Source: Calditrichales bacterium (GTDB taxonomy: Bacteria > Calditrichota > Calditrichia > Calditrichales > J004). Taken from it: a stretch of DNA of 64,000 nt. Every line of letters begins with the position of its first letter. Position 1 is the first letter of the stretch. Below are positions 1 through 9,377 of this stretch, one piece after another. The notes under the pieces were generated by a model. It made no database searches. It was given only the letters and a program-made list of their open reading frames with translations, and had not been told where the DNA came from. A program made the translations under genes and the position numbers. Where the stretch lies: the NCBI GenBank assembly GCA_015493745.1, contig WGCN01000023.1, positions 38,568-102,567 on the forward strand, read 5' to 3'.

Positions 1-1
1 G

Positions 2-1243
2 GTACGGGATCCCTTTCAACTGACCCAGGAACTGGTATCCAGAATTATCACCCTGGATGCCGAAATTACCGCCAGTACGGCCAAGATAAACACCCTGCAG
101 GATGTGGTTGCCGAATATAACGCCAAGTTGGAGCAGCTGCCCAACAAGGTTTTGGAAATGGCCCGTTTAAAACGGCGTCAGTTGGTGGATGAGCAAACTT
201 TTGTGATGATGACCAAAAGGCTGGAAGAAACGAAAATACAGGAAGCCGGGCAACGCAAGGAAGTGCGGGTGATCGATGAGGCCATTGAGCCGCTGTTTCC
301 CACAAAGCCCAAGAAAAAACTTAACCTGGCCCTGGGGCTGGTGCTCGGTCTGGGTCTGGGTATCGGCATTACCTTTTTGCGTGAATACTTTGACAATTCC
401 ATCAAGTCACAGGAAGAGCTGGAACAGCTTGGGTTCAATATACTGGCCACCATTCCGCGTATCGAGATGAGCAAGGTGGAAGAAAAGCTGGAGGCCCGCA
501 TGAGCAAGCTGGGGCCGATGGAAGGCAAGCGTATCGAAGCCCGTTTGATTACCCATCTCGATCCCAAGTCGCCCGTATCGGAAGCCTACCGCTCCCTGCG
601 TACCAATATCCAGTTCAGCTATGTGGATGAGAAGATCGGCGCGGTGCTGGTAACCAGTTCCGGCCCCAAGGAGGGTAAATCCACCACCTCGGCCAACCTG
701 GTTATTGCCATGGCCCAGTCGGGTAAAAAGGTGGTCTTGATCGACGCCGACCTGAGACGTCCGGTGGTGCACAGCATTTTCGGCCTGGAAAAAGATGAAG
801 GTCTGACCAACTATCTGATGGATGATATCAGCTTTGAACAGATGATTAAACCATCCATAATGGACAACCTGTATATCATCCCCAGCGGCGTTTTACCGCC
901 GAACCCTTCCGAGCTTTTAGCATCGGAGAAGATGAAGGCTTTATTGATAAAGCTGCGTGAGGAATTTGATTTTATCCTGTTTGATACCCCACCGATCATT
1001 GCCGTGACCGACGCGGCCATTTTGTCCACCATCGTCGATGGTGCCATTCTGGTTGTTTCCTCCGGTCACACAAATTATGACGCCCTTGTGCGCGCTAAAT
1101 CACTTCTGGATGCGGTGAATACCCGTATACTGGGCGCCTTGCTCAACGGAGTGGAAGTGGGCGGTATGTATGGTTCCTATTATTACTATTACTACCACCA
1201 TTACTATTCCAAACCGGGCGGGAAGAAAAAGCGCCGTTATTAA
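2..1243 (+). CDS. Polysaccharide co-polymerase / BY-family protein-tyrosine autokinase (Wzc/EpsB/CapAB-like); 5' end cut by window edge
   Basis: Frame is open from nt 2, so the Met at 104 is internal. TM helix LNLALGLVLGLGLGIGITFL; Walker A SSGPKEGKSTTSANL; Walker A' VVLIDADLRRP; Walker B FILFDTPP; C-terminal Tyr cluster YGSYYYYYYHHYY plus a basic tail. Confidence 0.85.
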   Translation, partial: VRDPFQLTQELVSRIITLDAEITASTAKINTLQDVVAEYNAKLEQLPNKVLEMARLKRRQLVDEQTFVMMTKRLEETKIQEAGQRKEVRVIDEAIEPLFPTKPKKKLNLALGLVLGLGLGIGITFLREYFDNSIKSQEELEQLGFNILATIPRIEMSKVEEKLEARMSKLGPMEGKRIEARLITHLDPKSPVSEAYRSLRTNIQFSYVDEKIGAVLVTSSGPKEGKSTTSANLVIAMAQSGKKVVLIDADLRRPVVHSIFGLEKDEGLTNYLMDDISFEQMIKPSIMDNLYIIPSGVLPPNPSELLASEKMKALLIKLREEFDFILFDTPPIIAVTDAAILSTIVDGAILVVSSGHTNYDALVRAKSLLDAVNTRILGALLNGVEVGGMYGSYYYYYYHHYYSKPGGKKKRRY

Positions 1244-1330
1244 CGGCTAATTGAAATTTTATTCTCAATTTTAATTAAATAGAACCGAGAACACATTCAT
1301 TCTAATTGATAAAGTGCAAGGAGCGCGATA

Positions 1331-2650
1331 ATGAAGATTGCGGTTGTTGGAACCGGATACGTGGGTCTGGTAGCCGGTACCTGTTTTGCGGATACCGGAA
1401 ACGAAGTCACCTGTGTGGATATTGACGAAAAGAAGGTAAATGACCTGAATAAGGGACACGTGCCCATTTATGAACCGGGCCTGGAAGAGATGATTAAGCG
1501 TAATGTGCGCGAGGAACGTTTGTTCTTCACCACGGATATTGCTAAAGCGGTAAAAGAATCGACCATCATTTTTATAGCCGTGGGCACGCCCCCGGATGAG
1601 GACGGGTCGGCCGATCTGAAATATGTACTGGCTGTGGCCCGGGACATCGGAAAGAACATGAACGGCTTTAAGGTCGTGGTGGATAAAAGCACCGTACCCG
1701 TGGGCACCGCCGATCGCGTTACCGAGGAGATTAAGAAATATACCGATCATGATTTTGCCGTGGTTTCCAATCCTGAGTTTTTAAAAGAGGGTGCGGCCAT
1801 CTCCGATTTCATGAAACCGGATCGTGTGGTCATCGGCACAAGAAATGAAGAGGCCGCGGAAATTATGCGCAACCTTTATGCGCCTTATGTACGTACCGGT
1901 AAGCCGATTATCGTTATGGATGAGCGCAGCGCCGAGCTGACCAAGTATACGGCCAACGCCCTGCTGGCCACCAAAATCTCCTTTATGAATGAGATTGCCA
2001 ATCTGTGCGATTTGACCGGCGCCGATGTGGACATGGTGCGCAAGGGCATCGGCAGCGATGTACGTATCGGACCCTATTTTATCTTTCCCGGAACCGGTTA
2101 CGGTGGCTCCTGCTTTCCCAAGGATGTGCAGGCCATCATTAAAACCGCCGATGAATATGGACTCGACCTAAAGATATTAAAAGCGGTCGAAAGTGTGAAT
2201 GCCGCCCAGAAGACGGTACTTTTCAGTAAAATTAAAAAGTACTTTAATAACGATCTGAAAGGCAAAACCGTCGCCATGTGGGGCCTGAGTTTTAAACCGA
2301 AAACCGACGACATGCGCGAGGCACCGGCAATCGAGATGGTAACCGCCCTGAATGAGGCCGGTGTAAAGGTACAGGCGCATGATCCCGAAGCCCTGGAAGA
2401 GGCCAAATGGCGTTTTGGCAAAAGGGTCAACAATGGCATTACCCTGCATGACAAACGTTATGAAGCCCTGGAGGGGGCCGATGCTCTGGTGATCATGACC
2501 GAATGGAATGAGTTCCGTGAACCGGATTTTTATCTGATTAAGGAAACTCTGTCTCATCCGGTGATATTTGACGGCCGGAATATTTATAATCCGAAAAGAA
2601 TGAAAAAATATGGCATTGACTACTTCTCGATTGGTCGGCCGCAAAATTAA
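1331..2650 (+). CDS. ugd: UDP-glucose 6-dehydrogenase
   Basis: 439 aa. Rossmann start [14 protein letters not shown]; catalytic-Cys region [11 protein letters not shown]; AAGGAG RBS upstream. Length and order of motifs are typical of Ugd. Confidence 0.9.
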   Translation: MKIAVVGTGYVGLVAGTCFADTGNEVTCVDIDEKKVNDLNKGHVPIYEPGLEEMIKRNVREERLFFTTDIAKAVKESTIIFIAVGTPPDEDGSADLKYVLAVARDIGKNMNGFKVVVDKSTVPVGTADRVTEEIKKYTDHDFAVVSNPEFLKEGAAISDFMKPDRVVIGTRNEEAAEIMRNLYAPYVRTGKPIIVMDERSAELTKYTANALLATKISFMNEIANLCDLTGADVDMVRKGIGSDVRIGPYFIFPGTGYGGSCFPKDVQAIIKTADEYGLDLKILKAVESVNAAQKTVLFSKIKKYFNNDLKGKTVAMWGLSFKPKTDDMREAPAIEMVTALNEAGVKVQAHDPEALEEAKWRFGKRVNNGITLHDKRYEALEGADALVIMTEWNEFREPDFYLIKETLSHPVIFDGRNIYNPKRMKKYGIDYFSIGRPQN

Positions 2651-2667
2651 AATGAGGGTTTGTAAAG

Positions 2668-3978
2668 ATGGATTTACTCAAACGAATTGAACAGAATGAA
2701 GTTGTGGTTGGTGTGGTTGGCCTGGGCTATGTCGGCCTGCCCCTGCTGATGGAATTTGTGGAACAGAATTTTAAAACCATTGGCTTCGATATCGATAAGA
2801 AAAAAGTGGATATGCTTAACGACGGCAAATCCTACATCAAGCATATTGCCGAGGAACGTGTTAAGGAAGTGCGTGATTCCAAGCTGTTTGAAGCCACCAC
2901 GGATTTTACGCGTATTAAGGAAGTGGATTGTGTGTTAATTGCCGTGCCCACGCCGCTGACCAAACACCGTGAACCCGACATGTCTTATATCATCGGCACG
3001 GCAAAGAATCTGGCGCCCAATATCCGCAAAGATCAATTGATTGTTCTGGAAAGCTCCACCTATCCCGGTACCACCGAAGAGGTGCTCAAGCCGATACTGG
3101 AAGAGAGCGGGCTGAAAGCCGATGTCGATTTTTGGGTGGCCTTTTCACCGGAACGGGAAGACCCCAATAACCCCAACTTTAACACACGCACCATCCCCAA
3201 GGTGGTAGGCGCCAATACGGAATATGCCCGTAAACTGGTACAAAACCTGTATGAAAAAGTAATTGTTAAAACGATTCCCGTTTCCAGCAGCCAGGCGGCG
3301 GAAGCCACCAAATTGCTGGAAAACATTTTCCGCAGCGTCAATATTGCCCTGGTGAACGAGATGAAGATGATTCTTGACCGTATGGGGATCGATGTCTGGG
3401 AAGTGATCAATGCCGCCAAGACCAAGCCTTTCGGTTATATGGCCTTTTATCCCGGTCCGGGACTGGGCGGGCACTGTATTCCCATCGATCCGTTTTATCT
3501 GACCTGGAAAGCGCGTGAATTTGAAATGAATACCCGCTTTATCGAACTGGCCGGCGAGGTAAATACCCACATGCCGTTCTGGGTGATCAATAAAGTGATG
3601 GATGCCCTGAACAATGAAGGCAAAAGCCTGAAGGGTTCCAGGGTGCTGGTATTGGGCGCGGCTTATAAAAAAGATATCGACGATCCGCGTGAATCCCCCT
3701 CCTTTAAACTGATGGAAATCCTGCTGGATAAAGGGGCCGAAGTGGACTACAATGATCCGCATGTGCCCGTGCTGCCCAGCATGCGTCACTATGATATCAA
3801 GCGTGAAAGCGTGGAACTGACTCCGGAAAACCTGGCCTCCTATGATTGTGTGCTGATTTCCACCGACCATTCCGCTTATGATTTTGACTTTATTGTCAAG
3901 CATTCGAAACTGCTGGTGGATACGCGTAACGCCACGGACAGTGTCAAAGGCGAAAAGAAGAATGTTGTAAAGGCGTAA
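2668..3978 (+). CDS. Nucleotide-sugar dehydrogenase, UDP-N-acetyl-hexosamine dehydrogenase branch (WecC/Cap5O/TviB-like)
   Basis: 436 aa. Rossmann VGVVGLGYVGLPL; catalytic GLGGHCIPIDP. Paralogous to, but clearly distinct from, the upstream ugd. Confidence 0.8.
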   Translation: MDLLKRIEQNEVVVGVVGLGYVGLPLLMEFVEQNFKTIGFDIDKKKVDMLNDGKSYIKHIAEERVKEVRDSKLFEATTDFTRIKEVDCVLIAVPTPLTKHREPDMSYIIGTAKNLAPNIRKDQLIVLESSTYPGTTEEVLKPILEESGLKADVDFWVAFSPEREDPNNPNFNTRTIPKVVGANTEYARKLVQNLYEKVIVKTIPVSSSQAAEATKLLENIFRSVNIALVNEMKMILDRMGIDVWEVINAAKTKPFGYMAFYPGPGLGGHCIPIDPFYLTWKAREFEMNTRFIELAGEVNTHMPFWVINKVMDALNNEGKSLKGSRVLVLGAAYKKDIDDPRESPSFKLMEILLDKGAEVDYNDPHVPVLPSMRHYDIKRESVELTPENLASYDCVLISTDHSAYDFDFIVKHSKLLVDTRNATDSVKGEKKNVVKA

Positions 3979-3998
3979 AAGTCTTTTAAAAAATAAAA

Positions 3999-4030
3999 GC
4001 CCGGTCTGTTTCAGGCCGGGCTTTTTGTTT
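3999..4030. terminator. Bidirectional rho-independent terminator between convergent genes
   Basis: 10-bp stem gcccggtctg/caggccgggc with loop ttt. It is followed by tttttgttt and preceded by aaaataaaa. Confidence 0.7.
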
Positions 4031-5218
4031 TTAAGGAATATAGCCGTGCTCCAGGTTCAACAGAGAGTTGCGATCGTCAAATTGTTTATTCCAGCGTTGA
4101 TCAATGGAATAGACCAGGCCGAATTGCAGCCGGGTTTCACTACTGCCGTACAGATTTTTCAGATCGCCGTTGAAGCGGGCATGCTGTAGTTGCACGGTAA
4201 GGTCGAAATTTTCACCCAGCCGGTAAAAGAGATTGGATATAAGCTGCCATTGATCGCTGGCCGTTGATATATCCGGAAAGGTCTTGTATCCGGCGGAAAG
4301 CGCCCATTGCAGGGTGGGACGTTCCAGTTTACGGTATAAGAATCTCAGGGAGCCGAAAACGGCGGTGGAGCGGGCCCGGGTTAGATCATAATAAGTGGCG
4401 ATTCCCCGGATATCATCAAAACCGCGATTGTAGATGGCCTGGAAGCGCGCGTCCCAAAAGTAAAGCGGATCCGCTTTAATATTGATTATGGCCGAAGCCA
4501 GGATGTTGATAAGCGTTTTGTCCAACTGGGCGGAGTAGCCCCGCCGGTCGGTCAGAAAGTTGTTAAAACTGAGGCCAAGCTGTTGCACAAAGGGCCGGTT
4601 CCATATCTGTGTTTCCGGGACGAGATATTCAAAGGCAATGCCAACGGCATTCAGGCTGAAGTCGGTTTCACTTGTGCCGCCGCCCTGAGGTGTTTTGGTG
4701 AAATGCTCGCCGTGAACGCGCAGCCAGTAGCGCTGGCCGAACAAGCGGGAGACTTCGATGACATTGCCATATTGGTTGTCCTCGGTATTCTCACCCGAGG
4801 AAAAGGGGTTGAGCACATCGGTAAAGGGCAGGGCGTCATCATCGCGCAGGGTGGGGAATTCGATCAGCGTGCTGAGCACCCGTGACCGCCCCATCTTTAG
4901 CACATGGTTACGGTTCTCCAGTTGCAGGAAGGTCTGATGAAAGAAAACCTGACCCAGATCGGAGTCGGCATCGGGAAACTGCATGCCGATAACCATTTGT
5001 CCGCGAAAGTTACTGTACAGTTTTTGACGGAATCCCAGTAACAGCCCGGTATCGGAAAAATCGTTAACCGAGCTTGTTTTTTGGCTGCCGCTGATATCGG
5101 TATTAAAGGACATCACCCCGCGCGCGCCCAGTTGTATTTCCGGGCTGACCTGGGCCGTCGCGCCTTGCGTAAGGGCGGTTGCTAAGATGAAAAATAAAAA
5201 TCTTTTTATGATACGCAT
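4031..5218 (-). CDS. Putative outer-membrane beta-barrel protein, CopB/PcoB-like by position only
   Basis: 395 aa. Signal peptide MRIIKRFLFFILATALTQGATAQ; amphipathic beta-strand-like, aromatic-rich sequence. It lies 40 nt downstream of, and co-oriented with, the multicopper oxidase. Confidence 0.5.
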   Translation of the reverse strand: MRIIKRFLFFILATALTQGATAQVSPEIQLGARGVMSFNTDISGSQKTSSVNDFSDTGLLLGFRQKLYSNFRGQMVIGMQFPDADSDLGQVFFHQTFLQLENRNHVLKMGRSRVLSTLIEFPTLRDDDALPFTDVLNPFSSGENTEDNQYGNVIEVSRLFGQRYWLRVHGEHFTKTPQGGGTSETDFSLNAVGIAFEYLVPETQIWNRPFVQQLGLSFNNFLTDRRGYSAQLDKTLINILASAIINIKADPLYFWDARFQAIYNRGFDDIRGIATYYDLTRARSTAVFGSLRFLYRKLERPTLQWALSAGYKTFPDISTASDQWQLISNLFYRLGENFDLTVQLQHARFNGDLKNLYGSSETRLQFGLVYSIDQRWNKQFDDRNSLLNLEHGYIP

Positions 5219-5258
5219 TTTTTTCTCCTGAAGGTTTGTAAAACGAAAGAAACCATTC

Positions 5259-6449
5259 TTATTCGTCCAGGGCGACGATGGGCAGGCTTTTCAGTCCCAT
5301 CTTTTGCGCCATCATGTTCAATTTTGTCTCCTCTGCCGGCAGGTCTTCGTAAACCAGAGCCAATAGGTTGCCGCCCGGGTATAGCCCGTTATTGGTCACC
5401 CGCCGTGTATCGTGATCGTGGAAGGTCCATATTCCGCGATTTTTACCTTCGATGATGATATCGATCGTTTTGCCCGGACTCAGGCGCAGGGTGTTGCGCT
5501 GCCAGGGTTGCGGCACGGGCAGGCCGTCATCGGCCACCTGCCAGAAGTCATGACCGTGCAGATGCAGGTAGTGTTCTTCCGTGCCGGCGTTAATCAGCCG
5601 CACACGGATATTCTCATCCTCGGTGATAAAGAGCGCCGGGGTGGAGGGGTAGGATTTGCCGTTTACGGTAAACCAGTTGGGAACCGGCAGGTCATCCGGG
5701 GCGCGGCGGTTAACCACATAGGGGGGCTGATAGCCGTTTTTTACCGCATCCTCAAACTCTTTTTTAGTGTCAAAGACGGCGAAACGTTCCTTGTTAAACC
5801 GGCCGGTTTTCATCATGTACATCCGTTCCTTCATGCGTTCCAGCATACTGTTCATCTCCTCGCGCAGAAAATTAACATCATGAGCGGAGTAGAGCAGCGT
5901 ATACTCCCTTTTATAGGGAAAACGGCGCGGGATGGGGTCTTCAGGGTCATCGATGATAAAGCTGCCGTACATACCCGCCTGCATGTGCAGCAGGGTACCC
6001 CAGTGGCAATGATAAAAGTGTGTGCCCTCGGGTTCGGCGGTAAACTCATAAACAAATTCCTGACCCGGCATTACCGGCATCTGAGTCACATAGGGTACGC
6101 CGTCCATGCGCCAGGGCACATGCAGGCCGTGCCAGTGGATGGTGTGGTTCAATTCCGTTTTGTTTTTAAAGATGACCCGCACCTTGTCCCCCTTGTTGAC
6201 ACGTATTTCCGGACCGGGCACCTGGTTGTTGAAGGCCAGGGTGTGTATCCTGAATCCCGGAACAATTTCCTGCTGGTGGATGTCGATAAAAAGATGGAAC
6301 TCCTTTACATCCCCGTCCATGACGGGTTCCAGCACATAAGGATATTTTTGCTTGTTGGCCGCTTTGAACGGTTTTCCAAGTAAAGTTCCCGGTAACAGGG
6401 CTCCGGCGGTTATCAGCCCCGAAGTTTGAATAAATTCTCTTCTTTTCAT
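5259..6449 (-). CDS. Tat-exported multicopper oxidase, two-cupredoxin-domain size
   Basis: 396 aa. Twin-arginine signal MKRREFIQTSGLITAGALLPG. Copper-ligand motifs HWHG, HCHWGTLLHMQAGM, HLHGH and FHDHD. CAGGAG RBS. Confidence 0.85.
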   Translation of the reverse strand: MKRREFIQTSGLITAGALLPGTLLGKPFKAANKQKYPYVLEPVMDGDVKEFHLFIDIHQQEIVPGFRIHTLAFNNQVPGPEIRVNKGDKVRVIFKNKTELNHTIHWHGLHVPWRMDGVPYVTQMPVMPGQEFVYEFTAEPEGTHFYHCHWGTLLHMQAGMYGSFIIDDPEDPIPRRFPYKREYTLLYSAHDVNFLREEMNSMLERMKERMYMMKTGRFNKERFAVFDTKKEFEDAVKNGYQPPYVVNRRAPDDLPVPNWFTVNGKSYPSTPALFITEDENIRVRLINAGTEEHYLHLHGHDFWQVADDGLPVPQPWQRNTLRLSPGKTIDIIIEGKNRGIWTFHDHDTRRVTNNGLYPGGNLLALVYEDLPAEETKLNMMAQKMGLKSLPIVALDE

Positions 6450-6947
6450 ACAGAACTCCTGGTAAGTGGCGTTTTTTGCAAAGTGTAGGTTTTCAATAAT
6501 ATAGAGGAAGGAATAGGAAAAAAAAATAATAATTTTATTCTTGAGATTGCGGGAAAATAAATCACTACCTTTAACCTTTTAATCGCGTGGAAGTCATAAT
6601 CCCGGCATTAGTGTCCGGCCCGGCACGGGAAGTGAACAAGGGGCTTGGTAATGAATTTACCTTCCCGCCCTGTAAATGGCACCGGCCGGGAGCCGTGTTG
6701 TTTATATGCTGTTTTGCATAAACTCTTTTTTACCGAACACAAAAGAAGACCGGTATGCGAAATCGGGTTGGAGCTGAGTTGATCGCGGATATTTTGGGCG
6801 GTTGCTCTCTATCCGGGTATCGCGGGATTCCCGTGCCCTTGTTACTTTATGTTGTTTCGTAAATCAAAATATATTCTGTCCGCGGGACGATTGTGTGGGC
6901 GTTTTTGCCCCTTTATATGTAAATTAGTCATTTGTGGGAGTCTTAAG

Positions 6948-7139
6948 ATGAAAATATCGATTGATGAAAAGCTGCTGATTGCGCTGGAAGAGCACCGAAA
7001 AGAGACGCCGTTTAAGGATATCTCCGAACTGATTCACTTTATTTTGCAGGATTATTTGCTGGCGCAGGAAAATGATACGGTCATGGATGATGGCAAAAAA
7101 GAACTGGATGACCGTCTGCGTGACCTGGGATATATGTAA
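6948..7139 (+). CDS. Small acidic hypothetical protein (possible ribbon-helix-helix fold)
   Basis: 63 aa counted from the internal ATG, which has GGGAG 7 nt upstream. The stop overlaps the next start (TAATG), suggesting translational coupling with the PHP gene. Confidence 0.45.
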   Translation: MKISIDEKLLIALEEHRKETPFKDISELIHFILQDYLLAQENDTVMDDGKKELDDRLRDLGYM

Positions 7140-8005
7140 TGGCCGTTGATCTGCACAGTCACACCACTTTTTCCGATGGTACCCTGAGCCCGGAGGAGTT
7201 GGTGGCGGAAGCCCTCCGGCAAAAGCTAAGCGCTCTGGCCGTCACCGACCATGATGAAACGGGTGGGTGTCTCCCGGCCATGAAAGCCGCCCGTGATACC
7301 TCCCTGCGGCTAATTCCCGGTGTGGAGCTGAGTATCGATTATCCCTTGCCGGGTAAGGCCCATATGCATGTGCTGGGCTTGTTCATCGATCCTGAGAATG
7401 AGTGTATAAGGAGTGGCCTGGCGGAATTGAGCCGGGCGCGGGAGGAAAGGGCGGAACGTATTATCCGCCAGCTTAACGACAAAGGCATGGCGCTTTCCAT
7501 TGATGAACTGAAGGAACTGGCCGGTGGCGGCAGCATCGGACGGCCCCATATCGCCACCCTGATGCACAGGCATAAGTATGTATCATCCGTCTGGGAAGCT
7601 TTTGATAAATATCTGGCCAAGGGTAAGGCCGGTTATGTTTCCAAAAAGAAGCTTACCTTTAAAGAAGCCGCGGCTATGATTCATGAGGCCGGCGGACTGG
7701 TGATCCTGGCCCATCCCGTTAGTCTGAATCAGAAAAACTATAACGGCTATACGCGCATCTTTCGTGAGTTGCGTGGCCAGGGGCTGGATGGCCTGGAGGC
7801 TTACTATTCCAACCATGTATGGAACATGACCCGTTTTCTGTTGGAAGCGGCACACAAGCTGGAGTTGTGCGTTTCCGGCGGCTCGGATTTTCACGGCACG
7901 GTTAAGCCGGACATACAGTTGGGCCGGGGGCGGGGTAATCTGTATGTTCCCGATGCACTGATTGAGGATCTTTTACGGTACCGGAAAGAAAAGTATGGCC
8001 ATTGA
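7139..8005 (+). CDS. PHP-domain phosphoesterase (TrpH/YciV family)
   Basis: 288 aa. N-terminal DLHSHTTFSDG metal-ligand motif, VTDHD, LAHP, GGSDFHG. Confidence 0.85.
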   Translation: MAVDLHSHTTFSDGTLSPEELVAEALRQKLSALAVTDHDETGGCLPAMKAARDTSLRLIPGVELSIDYPLPGKAHMHVLGLFIDPENECIRSGLAELSRAREERAERIIRQLNDKGMALSIDELKELAGGGSIGRPHIATLMHRHKYVSSVWEAFDKYLAKGKAGYVSKKKLTFKEAAAMIHEAGGLVILAHPVSLNQKNYNGYTRIFRELRGQGLDGLEAYYSNHVWNMTRFLLEAAHKLELCVSGGSDFHGTVKPDIQLGRGRGNLYVPDALIEDLLRYRKEKYGH

Positions 8006-9377
8006 CCGTAAAATGTTTGTGCTGGGTCTGGATTGTGCCGCGCCCCGGCTGCTGTTTGAAAGGTGGAAAGAGGTGCTGCCCCATTTTGCCTCCCTGATGG
8101 ACGGGGGGCTGTATGGCCCCATGCGGAGTTGCGATCCTCCCATAACCGTGCCGGCCTGGAGCGTGATGACCACCGGCGCCGATCCCGGGGAACTGGGCGT
8201 TTACGGTTTTCATAACCGGGCCTCCCATAACTACTTTGACCATTTTGTTGCCAATGGCAGCCATATACGGAAACCGCGCCTCTGGGATATCCTCTCCGCT
8301 GCCGGCCGGCAGAGCATCGTCATCGGTGTTCCGCAAACTTTTCCGGTAAAACCACTGCGCGGCTATATGGTGGCCGGTCTTTTGGCCCGTGACAGCGATA
8401 ATTTTACCTGGCCCGCCCGGTTAAAACAATCCCTGCTCAAACATGTACCGCATTATCGCACCGATATAAAGGATTTTCGCCATACATCGCCGGAGATGCT
8501 GCTAAAGGCGCTCTATAAAATGACCGCGGCCCGTTTTAAATGGGCGCAACACATGCTGAAACATTATCCCTGGGATTTTTTTATGTTGGTGGAGATCGGT
8601 CTGGATCGCCTGCATCATGCCTTTTGGCATTATATGGATGAGGAGAGCCCCTACCATCAAACAGACAACCCCTATCGACAGGCTATTCGTGACTATTATC
8701 TCTTTCTGGATGAAGAACTGGGACGTCTGTTGAAAATTCTATCACCCGCTACCGATGTTATGATTGTTTCCGATCATGGGGCGCAAACCATGAAGGGGCT
8801 TTTACGGATCAATCAGTGGTTGATAAACGAGGGCTATCTGGTGCTTAAAACATCTCCGGGAAATTCGCGGCGGTTGGATGCAGCCATGATAGACTGGGGC
8901 AAAACACAGGTATGGGCGGATGGTGGTTATTACGCCAGGCTTTATTTCAATGTACGGGGAAGAGAGCCGTTGGGTGTGGTGCCGCCCGCTTCGCTTCCGG
9001 CCCTTAAGGCGGAGTTGGAAAAAAAATTAAGTCAACTTAAGATCAGCGGAAATATACCGGTTAAGGGGCGGATAATCGATCCCGGCGAAAGCTACCGGGA
9101 AGTGGAGGGGATAGCGCCCGATTTAATGCTGTATGTGGGGGAGCTGGCTTATCGGGTCAGTGCTTCCGTGGGGGGGGCAGAGAATATTTTCACCTTGAAT
9201 AATGATACCGGGCCCGATGGCGCCAATCATGACTTTGACGGTATCTTCATATTCAAGGGCGAGGGAGTTGCCCGTGGAAAGTTGACTCGCTGTGATATAT
9301 ATGATGTGGCGCCAACCATCCTGGCGCGCATGGGACAAGCGCAGGTCGGGGATATGAAAGGACGGGTATTGGGATGA
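7995..9377 (+). CDS. Alkaline-phosphatase-superfamily protein (type I phosphodiesterase/nucleotide pyrophosphatase-like), cytoplasmic
   Basis: Start taken at MAIDRKMFVLGLDCAAP. Nucleophile region PPITVPAWSVMTTG; VSDHG metal motif; no signal peptide. Overlaps the PHP gene by 11 nt. Confidence 0.75.
   Translation: MAIDRKMFVLGLDCAAPRLLFERWKEVLPHFASLMDGGLYGPMRSCDPPITVPAWSVMTTGADPGELGVYGFHNRASHNYFDHFVANGSHIRKPRLWDILSAAGRQSIVIGVPQTFPVKPLRGYMVAGLLARDSDNFTWPARLKQSLLKHVPHYRTDIKDFRHTSPEMLLKALYKMTAARFKWAQHMLKHYPWDFFMLVEIGLDRLHHAFWHYMDEESPYHQTDNPYRQAIRDYYLFLDEELGRLLKILSPATDVMIVSDHGAQTMKGLLRINQWLINEGYLVLKTSPGNSRRLDAAMIDWGKTQVWADGGYYARLYFNVRGREPLGVVPPASLPALKAELEKKLSQLKISGNIPVKGRIIDPGESYREVEGIAPDLMLYVGELAYRVSASVGGAENIFTLNNDTGPDGANHDFDGIFIFKGEGVARGKLTRCDIYDVAPTILARMGQAQVGDMKGRVLG

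Noticed and set aside
6849-6947. N-terminal 33-aa extension of the small ORF upstream of the PHP gene (ORF-track start 6849)
   Set aside because: The extension is Cys- and hydrophobic-rich with no RBS. The internal ATG at 6948 has GGGAG at proper spacing.
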